From positions 36,456,001 to 36,520,000 of the forward strand of contig OZ024741.1 of NCBI GenBank assembly GCA_964016885.1: a DNA stretch of 64,000 nucleotides, written 5' to 3'. The notes under the pieces were generated by a model. The model ran no database searches, was not told where the DNA came from, and was given only the letters and a program-made list of their open reading frames with translations. The translations under genes and the position numbers were made by a program. Of this stretch, positions 1-11,234 are shown in pieces; positions within the stretch are counted from its first letter, which is position 1; each line of letters begins with the position of its first letter. The stretch is from Eledone cirrhosa. Lineage: Eukaryota.

Positions 1-1638
1 ACAGATTTTCCTATTATATGGATATGTATATGTAAACATATATATGTATAGTTGACCACAAAAAGATGAAGAGCAAAGTAGACCTTGGTGGGATTTGAAC
101 TCAGAATGGATAGACCCAAAACAAATATCTAATGCTCGAACAATTCTACCAAATTGACCACCTTATATATGCATATATATTAATATATACAAGAGACCAC
201 CTCCTATATGCATATATATTAATATATACAAGAATAACTTTGAAAAAAGCACAAAATATCGATAATATTGTCTGGCAATTGCTCGGGCCAACACAAATGC
301 TAAAAATTAGCTCCTCATTAGGTCCATAAGTCAGCTCAACTAAAATTATAAATGCCAAAGCAGAAATACAAGAATAATTTTGATCACTACACAAGATATC
401 GATCATATTGTCTGGCAATGGCTTGATGACAAAACATTGAGCTGACTTATGGACCTAATATGGAGCTATTTTTAGCTTTCCTGTTGGCCTGCTCGTGTCC
501 TTCTGCTTAAGCATCAGTATACATGTACTTTCACAGCTTGTAATTTGATTGCATGACTGATGGCAGAGCTAGTGTATATAGTAGGATGTTGCCTACTGAG
601 AATAAGCCTATGCTTTGCAGCATAGAGTTATGGCCCTTTACGTTCTGAGTTCAAATCCTGCCGTGGTTAGCTTTGTCTTTCATCCTTAGAAAGTACCAGT
701 AATGCACTGGGGTCGATATAATCGACTTTCAACTCCCCCAAAATTGCTGGCCTTGTGCCTAAAGTAGAACAATTATTTCTTGTTGACTTGAAACAACTGT
801 ATAGGCCTTAGGAATCAGTATTTACCATCTTTGTGTAAGTTCATTGCTTACTTTCCTGCTTTTCTAGATATCAATACATGGTCTTAGATATAATCTGTCT
901 TGAGGTAATTTTAATTGATGTCTGTGAGTACTCAATACCAAAGTAGACTTTAAATATTCATTTATTATGGCTGTGGGGAGCTTTGATACTCACTGGAGTT
1001 TCATCTGTATTGCTTGCAGGTTCATCTGATGATCCTGAGAATGCTCAGAAAAACTCCAGAGGAACAAAGCCTAACACTTAACCATAATAAATGAACATAT
1101 ATATATATCATCATTATCATCATCATTGTTTAACGTCCATCTTCCACGCTAGCATGGGTTAGACGGTTTTGTTCCATTTGATGCGGGAGAGGTCGGGAGA
1201 CCGTGTCTCGCTCGTATGGAAGTGTCTCTGGCAGGTCTTTTACAGCTGGATGCGCGTGTGTTTTTTCCCTACTTTTTTTCTCATTTCTTTCTCGTTCTTT
1301 CTTCTTCTCACTCTTTATCTTTCTATTTATCTTCTGTTTCTAACTCTATCTTCTGATGAACGACTAGTGTCCAAAATGTTAAGACTCTTTTTCTGCTATT
1401 TCAAGCATTAAACTAATATATTTCTTCAATGTGCTGTCGTTTGCTTTGTTATTTCTGTTTATCTTTTACATACATGTATATATTTTTTTTTTTTTCAGTA
1501 TATGTTGGTTGTTTACCAACACCTCAGTATGCAGATTGGAGTACTCGACGAAGTACGCACGTTGGTTTGTTTACTCCAGAGTAATGTAAAATAAGTAAGT
1601 CAAACATGTTAAATTTGGCTTCGTTTATTATAAATTCT

Positions 1639-1691
1639 CTGCTATATATATTTCAGTGACAGCTATTATTGGCTGTGACCTCATCAGGCAG
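1639..1691 (-). ncRNA. Minimal type I hammerhead ribozyme motif
   Basis: Reverse strand: CTGC-CTGATGA-GGTCACAGC caataata GCTGTCACT-GAAA-TATATATA-GCAG; intact core, stem I CTGC/GCAG, stem II 8 of 9 bp, palindromic stem III. Confidence 0.7.
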
Positions 1692-1882
1692 TCCGAATTA
1701 ATGTGGAAAAGACAGGTAAACATGTTGTTGAAGTGTGTTCCTCTGTCAATTCATCGATATGTCCAGCTCCTGAGTGTGTTGTTAGTCTTCTGAGGAACTG
1801 GAATCATATGATTCCAGTTCATCGGCAGACTAACAACACATTTCAACAACATCTTTACCTGCTTTATCTACGCTAATTCGTA

Positions 1883-1935
1883 CTGCCTGATGAGGTCACA
1901 GCCAATAATAGCTGTCACTGAAATATATATAGCCG
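1883..1935 (+). ncRNA. Minimal type I hammerhead ribozyme motif (second copy, one stem I mismatch)
   Basis: CTGC-CTGATGA-GGTCACAGC...GCTGTCACT-GAAA-TATATATA-GCCG. Confidence 0.65.
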
Positions 1936-1980
1936 AGAATTTATAATAAACGAAGCCAAATTTAACATGTTTGACTTACT

Positions 1981-2076
<96 letters not shown>

Positions 2077-2142
2077 TAGGTAGTACAGTGATTACTGGTG
2101 TTGGTACCGAATCAAGCACTCTATTCACAGGCACAGTGTATA

Positions 2143-2535
2143 TAATAGAATAACAGGAAGTTTCATTTACATATAAAAAATATTTATATTATGTATCAAC
2201 CTGCTACGTGCGTTTCACAGAAGATTGGCTCAAGGTAACCCATAGGAGTTATGGACATAACTCCAGTATCGATCTTATCGCCAGACTGGTGATGTGACAA
2301 AAAATATATTTTGTTATGGTATGTGAGCTGAGAAGGTATGCACAGGCAAAGTGTATATACAAACACTATATTTTTTGCCGCATCATCGGGCTTTAGAACA
2401 GATCGATAATGGAGTCAGGTCCATAACGTCTATGGGTTACCCTGAGCCAACCGTCTGCGAAACGCACATAACAGGTCGTTACAAAAGAAAATTCTAAATA
2501 CATGTAAATGAAACTTCATCGTTCTTATTAATATA
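2143..2535. mobile_element. Older, diverged fold-back palindrome (Penelope-like end derivative)
   Basis: Inverted arms, e.g. gaagtttcatttacat/atgtaaatgaaacttc and ggtaacccatag/ctatgggttacc; degenerate CCTGAG..GAAAC motif; between (TA)n tracts. Confidence 0.55.
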
Positions 2536-2537
2536 GT

Positions 2538-2587
<50 letters not shown>

Positions 2588-2844
2588 AAATAAATGAGGT
2601 CGTGTAGGTGTCACAACAAAAAAACACACAGTTCACGGTCTAATATGGCCGTGTAGGTAACCTCCCAGTCCACACTGTAAACGTGGTTGGTGTTAGGAAG
2701 GGCATCCAGCCGTAGAAAACCTGCCAGATAGTCCTATACGAGCGAGACACGGTCACCCGACCAATCTTGCCTCAAGTGAGACAATTCCCGTCTAAACCCA
2801 TGCTAGCATGGAAGATAGACGTTAAACGATGATGATGATATATA

Positions 2845-3155
<311 letters not shown>

Positions 3156-3159
3156 AAAT

Positions 3160-3497
3160 GGAGGCACATGGCTTAGTGGTTAGAGCATTGGCCTTGCAAT
3201 CGAAAGGTTGTGAGTTCAATTCTCAGATCGGGTGATGTGTTGTTTCCTTGAGCAAGACACTTTACTTCACATTGCTCCAGTTTACTCAGCTGTAGAAATG
3301 AGATGATAGGGACTGGGGTCCATATCATTCCACTGCAAAGTGGTCGTGGAGGGTCCACGGCAAAAAAGTACCCAGCACTCACTGTAAATGAGGTTGGTGT
3401 TAGGAAGGGCATCCAGCTGTAGAAATAAAGCCAGAATCAGTTCCCATCCCACCCTTGCAAGCAGGGAAAAGCGGACGTAAAATAAAATGAAATGATA
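3160..3497 (+). mobile_element. tRNA-derived CORE-like SINE with RTE-type tail (copies at ~35636-36005, 37920-38205, 59735-60039, minus)
   Basis: A box TGGCTTAGTGG, B box GAGTTCAATTC, CCTTGAGCAAGACACTT core, AGGAAGGGCATCCAGC tail. Confidence 0.85.
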
Positions 3498-6047
3498 TAT
3501 ATATAGAGAGAGGGAGAGAGAGAGAATTCAAAAAATTCAACTTAAGTAAACTTATTTTTAAAACTCCTCAGAAGACAATGCATTAGACAACTTTATTGTC
3601 AAAAATGAAGGAGTGTTTACATTTTCATAAAGATTTTACCAGTTTTTCTTGTTATTAAAATAGAAGTCAAATGTTTATAAATACTTCATAGAATCTCTTC
3701 TAGCTTTGTGGTTATAACTAGTGCTGCCTTTAATACTGCTACTACTGCTGCTGGTGTAGGTGTTACCACCACAAATACCAACTGCTGCTGTTATTATTAC
3801 TATTATGGATTGGCAGTATCGGTAGAGGGTCGGATGCCATGCTTTGCAGCAAAGAGTTACGGCCCTTTATGGTCTGAATTCAAATCCCGCCTTTCATACT
3901 TACGAGGTCGATAAAATAAAGTACCAGTAATGCACTGGGATAATTGCCGGCCTTGTGCCAAAAGTAAAAATAATTATTACTATTAACAGCCTTCCCAACT
4001 ACAGAAAAAAAAATGTTGTTCTATCAAGGATTTATAAGATTTATAAACATTCAACTTCTATCATAGAAACAAGTTTTTCATTACATATTCAATTTTCACA
4101 TGAATATCTAAATAACAAATGAAACTAGTAGAAACTTTATGACAGAAATGTCAACACACCCTCTTTTTAACAATATATTTTTCCATTATACACACACACA
4201 TCATCATCATCGTTTAACGCCTATCTTCCACACTAACATGGGTGAGACGGGTTTGTCCCATTAGAGGCAAGTTGGGTCAAGTGCCCATGTCTGGCTCATA
4301 TAGGACTGTTTCTGGCTGGTATTCTAAGGCTGGATACCCTTCCTAACACTAACCACATTTACAGTGTGTGCTGGATGCTTTGGCCGTGTCTCCTACATGA
4401 TCACTTTACAGTGTGGGCTGGATGTGTGTGTGTGTGGATTCTTCTTCTTTGCCCACGTATTCCTGAAAGAGTCATTGGGTCAGAGTCCTCATGCATGCCT
4501 TCTTGTAGTTCCTATCATGAACAACCATCTCCAGTTGATCTGGCTTGACCCTCAAGTGAAACCAGCCCAGTTCATGGATGTTATCCAACCGTCTTGCTCA
4601 GGGTCCACCCCTGGGTTTCCTTTTAGGAAACCCAGGGGTGGACCCTGGTATGAAAACAAAAAGCACCCAGTACCCACTGCAAACTGCTTAACATTGGGAA
4701 GGTCATCCAGCCATAGAAACCAAAAGTATATGAGCAAGAAACGGTCACCTAACTACAATAATCTAGCCTCAGTATATGACAGCCTGTCTAACCCATGCAA
4801 GCATGGAAAATAGTAGTTGTATTGGTGGTGGTGGCAGTAATGATAATGATGATGGTGATAATTATGATATATTTACACACACAAACATATGCATACACAC
4901 TATTCATCACCTGCTCTCTCTCTCTCTAGCTAGCTAGTTAGCTAATTATTTATCTCAGCACAACCATGTCTCTTTTCTTTTACTCCAGGTCTATTTCTCT
5001 TCTGTTACCCACCACAATACACCTGTACACTCTGTAAAATGACTGGTGTAAGAAAATCTTCCAGTTGTAGAAACCATGCCAAAATGGAATATCTGGTCCA
5101 CCTAGGAGAGCAGTAACTCGAAATAAAAACTGACTCAGAAGGTATATATATAGAGGTTATTCATAGACTGGAAAGAAATGAAGCAACCATGTTTCACTGG
5201 ATGTGCAATGTAAATGTGAGAGAAAGGCAGAACTTGGATGAGCTGACAGAGAAGCTGGGCTTAAGGGGAATCCGAGATGGCTTGCAGGAGAGAAGACTGC
5301 ATTGGTATGGACATGTGATGTGGATGGACAATGACTGATGGGTGAAGAAATGCCAGGAAACCCCAATGGAAGCAAGCCGCAATAGACGATGACCAAGAAA
5401 GACCTGGGCAGAGGTTGTGAGAGCAGACCTCAAATCACTAAGACTAGCAGAGAAGATGACGAAGAAACTCAACAAATAGAGATCTGAACATGCTGAGAAG
5501 AATCTGTCCAACCCATGCAAGCATGGAAAAGCGGACATAAAAACGATGACACATGCAGTAGTAATGCATAATATGAAATTTAATGGAGCAGTATATTGAA
5601 GTATATACAAAATGTTTATGTATAATAAACATCCTTTCAAGCTGTGCTATGATTTTAAGTTGTTATCATGACACTGAATATTCTTAGCAATGATGGGAGA
5701 GCATCTTGATGGCACCATTTCTGGATTTTTTATTTATCAGAGTCTTAATCCTTCGTTGCTAAGACAGAGTAAGCAGAAAGCTTATAGCTTTTTGCTTATG
5801 GACATTGGCTGATGATGCTCATTTGCATACAGAGTAAAAGCTGGCCAGCTTAAATTATGAAGCAGTAAAGCTCCGACATAGTACAATGAAGATATATATG
5901 AGTTTAATGCTTGATATATAGTAGGAAAAGTGTCCTAATATTTCATATTTATCAGAAGATAAATGAGATATAAAAGAAGAAATAGAAAGATAGATGAAAG
6001 CAAGAAGTGGAAAAAAACATTTTGAGAGAAAGCATGTGTAGGTTTAG

Positions 6048-6137
<90 letters not shown>

Positions 6138-6424
6138 CTAAACCTATATATATATATAGAGAGAGAGAGGATGATAGAGAGTGAGAGATAGAGGCAAAGA
6201 GAAACAGGGGAGGTAGTTTCTTTGTTGTAATGACAGGTGTTACAAGGTTCTGAGTTCTATATTGATTGTTACCAATAGACAGTTGGAAACTTCAAATTTC
6301 AATCATTTTCATTTTAGCTAATCCGATTATATTACCTACCGTCTAACAGTATTGAGTACATTTGTTCTCAGTAGTTACCAATAGCGTACACACACACACA
6401 TACACATACACAGACACATACATA

Positions 6425-6750
6425 CATGATGGTTGCTCCCTCATTATCGAGTATGGCCATTGCACGATATACCATTATTAATAATTATTAATTAATGCTA
6501 TCATGCAATGCCTGTACGTGAAGATTTTTTTTAAAGTGAGGAAAGACTGTGCACTGAGCCAATCCCACTCTCTGAGCGACAGTAGCTATAACCCGAAAAG
6601 AAGAAAAGATTAACATCATCGATAACTACTGAGCCGCAGGTTTTATGTCGGAGTTATCCCAGTTTCCTGAGTTGCCTTCTCCTAGAAGAATGCCCTGACA
6701 AAGGCTAGGGGTCCTTCACTCCCAGTGCAATCGGGTATCCAGCCCGATTA
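6425..6750 (-). mobile_element. Short bipartite non-autonomous RTE derivative (5'-UTR-like segment plus 3' tail)
   Basis: 3' tail (6427-6467) nearly identical to 6940-6981; 5' part has CTAGGAGAAGGCAACTC, resembling an RTE 5' UTR motif; no ORF. Confidence 0.5.
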
Positions 6751-6939
6751 TTTCTATGTCCCCTTCCATATACATACACATGCATACATGTATATACATA
6801 TATATACATACACATGTAATACATATTTACACATTTTTGGATGGGCGTTGACTCTTATGAGTTCTTCAATCAGGTTTTGTTTTTGTCCTGCAGGGTGTCC
6901 AAAATCACCCTCCTCACAAGCTTACATACATACATATAT

Positions 6940-7029
6940 GATGATGGCTGCCCCCTCGTTATCGAGTATGGCCATTGCACGAGAAGAAAAAAAAAAATAA
7001 AAAAAATAAAAAAAAATAAAAAAAATAAA

Positions 7030-7062
<33 letters not shown>

Positions 7063-7955
7063 AATAAATTTAAAAAAAGAAATATATATATATATATATA
7101 CACATACATACATATATACATACACACATACATACACATACACACACATACACACACACACACACATACATTAATAACAATAATAATAATAATAATAATA
7201 GCAATAATAATAATAACGACAACAACAATAATAATAATATACATATTCATATATATATACACACACACGCACGCACATAAGCATATCTACACACACACAC
7301 ACACACACACGATAGCAATTAACAGCGCTGCGATCGAATGTGGCTTTTTAGCCCAGCCAATGATCTACAATGTCTTGCACAGAGTCGGCAACCAAAACAT
7401 TTACTGGGAATAGTCGGCTGCGGTTGGAGTTCGTGTACTTTTGCATGTCGCTTGAGCCCTCCTGCTGATTTACATTCTCTACCACATGTTTGGCAAGCAT
7501 GATGAGTAGCATCTCCAACAGCAGCCTGGTAGTCAACCACTGGTCTTACTTTATGACTGCGAAGATGACTTTCGAGTCCAGCTTTGCTTAGGCAGAGTCT
7601 CGCACAGACTCTGCATGTCAGCACCATAGGAGGACCCTCGCCGTCTGGAAGTGCAACAGCAATGCCCTTCCTCACACCCCGCTTTACTTTCTCGTGTGCG
7701 ATTCGAGATGCCTCAAAGGCAACTTTTCCCTCATATACAGTCTTTCTCCATTTATTACGATCAGCAGCAATATTTTCCCATGTATCAGCAGAGATGTTAG
7801 CGTCTTTCAGAGAGGCTTTCAAGGAATCCTTATACCTCTTTTTTGGTTTATGTGGCAGTCGTTTTCCTTTAACCAACTCTCCATAGAAGAGTTGTTTTGG
7901 TATTCTAGAATCCTTCATCCTGGCAAGGTGACCACTGCAACGGAGTCGTTGCTTA
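6940..7955 (-). mobile_element. 3' fragment of an RTE (BovB-like) LINE with three C-terminal C2H2 zinc fingers; 3' UTR split by microsatellites
   Basis: [47 protein letters not shown] followed by three CxxC...H fingers (third lacks last His); tail atggccatactcgataacgagg...catcat at 6940-6981. Confidence 0.85.
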
Positions 7956-8010
7956 ATACATATATACATATATACATACATATATACATACATATGCATA
8001 ACACCCACAA

Positions 8011-8082
<72 letters not shown>

Positions 8083-8349
8083 ATATATATGATGAAACAC
8101 AGATACCAACACATCCGTATATATATTGCAAAAGAAAATTTAGCCAGATTGAAGTATACTAATTATTATACTACAGTTTGTCCATATCGATTTAAAATAA
8201 TAAAGCAACAAAGACGAACTGCATTGCCAAAAGGCTATGAGTGTTTCATCATATATATTAGTTTATACACGGCTCAGGGGTATTTTCCTCCTTCGAGCTA
8301 ATTCCATTGTAAAAGAATTCATTACCTTATTAATATATATATATATATA

Positions 8350-9900
8350 TATAAATGAAAGGATTACAAAAGAGAATATATACTGTTAGAACATGTTTAT
8401 ATAAAAGCACCTACATACGTTTCGCCCGAAAAGGACTACTCAAGGGCATAGAAAACTAAAGAGTCTCCAGTACAGGACCCAGAAGGGGTTTTAAAGTGAT
8501 ACATACATCAAAGTTCATTCTTAGTTCAAACATACACGTTGTTATTGTCACAGAGCAAGGGGAGTAACTCTGGCTGGTGTTTGAATAATTGTCCCCAAAG
8601 GGCTTATTACCCGTTCACATGATGGTGGTTTTCCATTACTAATTTGTTGGTGCCACTTTACCTTTGTCAATTCAGGTAGGGTCTGAGATGCATAGTTGGT
8701 GTACAGATGTTTATTTGTGCAGTGTTATGGTTTGGTGCAGGGGGACCCAGTTTATGGTTTTCATGTCTCAGTAGATTTCTACCCAAAGAAGGGCTGCTGT
8801 ATTCTGTGTCTGCAGTTTATCACCGATTCTGCTCTGTTGTTGATGAGCTCGAGGGGTGCTCATATGATATGGTAAAGTTCCATGAGGCAGAGCTCGAATT
8901 TCCTCTTGAAGTTGTACAGTGCTGCCCTGCTGACAATTTCCCAGTGTGTGGAGAAGCTGATGTTGGAGTCTTTTAATGTTGTGATGTAATTGGCGAGTGA
9001 CGTGGAGTGTCTTAATTTCTTAAGAGTGGTGATGTGTTCGAAATCTAGTTGTAACGGGCCAGAAGTGGCCCCTATATAATGCTTAATGCTATTATGGCTA
9101 GTTATGGTGCAGCTATAAATAACATTATCTGTCAGGAAACTTCCCCTAAGCGGTCCCGACAGTTGCATTTTCGGTTGCGGTCGCTCCTGGTGCACCACCG
9201 CCTCTATCTCTGTAGTTATTACCATTATATCCTATGGCGTGCGGGGTAGTACCATTATTGCTCCGCACGCCGCAGCGCCTTCTGTTGCTGCCACGTGACC
9301 CGTACAAGTCACCAGCATGTTCCCCAGTCTCGCCATAGTTATGTCGGTTGCGTCTGTTGGGGCTGCCGCCAACACTATTGGGTGTTGCAAGGAAAACGTT
9401 AAGGCTATTAGGGTTGCTGTCAAGTCTAGACGTATCACTGCTAAGGTGCCGTGTTTTGGTGATCTTACTGTAATTAGTTATCCCTATGATGTCTGCTAGA
9501 TTAGGAGTAGTGGAGAAGGATATTTTAATATTGTTCTTATTGAGGATTTTCCTGTACTTATGGCTGGGTGGGAAGTTCTTCTCTAAGGCTTCGAAGAATA
9601 TCCTGGGTAAGTCAGAGGCCACACTCCAAGTGTAGGGAGGATGGAACCATAGAACATTACGGTGGCGGTTACGTGTAGCAATGGGCTTGCTACGGGTCGT
9701 GTTGGCTAGGTAACCGCTATTATTGTTGCCACTGTGCTGCAGCCTATTACGCTTTATGCTCGGGTGCACTCGCCTTCCTTCCATTACGTTTACGTGTAGC
9801 TAAACGCTGGTTGGAGGGTCGTACGGGGAGGGCTGAAGGTGGTGTGTATGTGTGTAGGTGTACGTGTGTGTGTGTGAATGTGAGAGTTGGGGGCAGAACG
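8350..9900 (-). mobile_element. 5'-truncated, degenerate Penelope-like retroelement (RT C-terminus plus GIY-YIG endonuclease)
   Basis: RNVLWFHPPY...KNFPPSHKYRKILNKNNIKISFSTTPNL and NVIYSCTI...HYIGATS...STSLANYI...LCLMELYHII; degenerate hammerhead-like 3' end near 8410-8446. Confidence 0.85.
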
Positions 9901-9934
9901 AGGTTCCATGTTCGGGTAATAGGGAAATCGGTGT

Positions 9935-11208
9935 GTACATCTCTTGTGTACCCATAGTTTCCATATGGGGCAGAGGATGGAATTTCTACCTACACCTTTC
10001 CTACATACTGAGCTAGGCCATTTCCCTGAGAGGATCTGGGTTCTGTTTTCTCGTCTACTTACAAGGACCTTAGTCTTTGTCAGGTTGACTTTCAGAACAC
10101 TTCTTCCCTTGTAAGTAGACGAGAAAACAGAACCCAGATCCTCTCAGAGAAATGGCTTAGTTCAGTATTTAGGAAAGGTGTAGGTAGAAATTCCATCCTC
10201 TGCCCCATATGCAAACTATGGGTACACAAAAGATGTACTAGGTTCTCAGGAAGTTTAGCTAAGAGTGTAGACTTTACATGTAGCAGTTGCACTGGGACAG
10301 TAAGCAACAAACGATCACAGGAAACAAGCAGTACCAAATTTTGGGAGGGCTCTGTAGAAACAGTAGACAGCTTCTGCTACCTAGGTGACCGAATTAGCAG
10401 TGGAGGTGGATGTTCTGAAAGTACAGTAACCAGGGTAAGAATGGGATGGAGGAATTTCAGGGAGCTACTACCACTGCTAGCTGCAAAAGGTTTTTCCCAC
10501 AAAATAAAAGGCAGACTGTATGATGCATGGTAGTGAGACCTATGCATTGTGTGCAGAAGACTTGCATAGATTAGAAAGAAATGAAGCTTGCATGCTCCGA
10601 TGGATGTGTAATTGTAATATATGTGAATGGCAAAGCATAAACGAATTGAGAGAGAGACTAAGCATAAGAAGAATTAAGTGCTGTGTGCAGGAGAGGAGAT
10701 TGCGTTGGTATGGACATGTGTTGCATAAGGATGACAGCTGCATAAAAAGGTGAATAAAAGTTAATGGAGGCCTTGGAGTGGGGAAACCCGAGAAAATATG
10801 GGATGAGGTGATAAAAGGTGATCTTGCCCAATTGCACTTCTCAAAGGTGATGACACAGGACCGAGACCTCTGACATTACACAGTAATACAGAAGACCCGA
10901 CTTCCCATGAGTACAAGCCGAAGCTGAAGCATATAGACAGTATGCCCCAACCCCTTCCCACTGTAAAGTGATCGTGGAGGTGTCACGACAAAAAATCACC
11001 CAGTCCACACTGTAACGTGGCCATGTAGGCGCTACGGTTAAAAGCACCCAGTACTCACTGTAAATGAGGTTGGTGTAGAAATCAAGCCAAAATCAGTTCT
11101 GAATGTGCAAGACACGGTCACCTGACCTGGCATTACCCACAAGAGGACAACTCGCCTAAGCCATGCTACCGTGGAAGAATGGATGTAAAATGGTGATGAT
11201 GATGATGG
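9935..11208 (+). mobile_element. 5'-truncated RTE-clade LINE with fold-back inverted duplication at its 5' end
   Basis: [31 protein letters not shown]; tail aaaatggtgatgatgat; 9935-10066 is an inverted copy of 10107-10238. Confidence 0.85.
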
Positions 11209-11234
11209 TATATATATATATATATATATATATA

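Larger units (their letters stand above)
1586..1987. mobile_element. Fold-back palindrome with two outward-facing minimal hammerhead motifs (Penelope-like terminal repeat derivative)
   Basis: Arms inverted about ...ggaatcat|atgattcc... (1807/1808); the left arm has an extra ~40 bp; abuts (TA)n. Confidence 0.7.

Noticed and set aside
3160-3232. tRNA-like sequences with A and B boxes
   Set aside because: They continue into SINE bodies, are multi-copy and lack a proper acceptor stem
5710-5730. miR-29-like GCACCATTT
   Set aside because: Only 9 nt match, seed position differs, and it lies in a loop rather than a hairpin arm
7319-8131. Host C2H2 zinc-finger gene
   Set aside because: The fingers are contiguous with an RTE LINE C-terminal domain; the ORF start is microsatellite-derived
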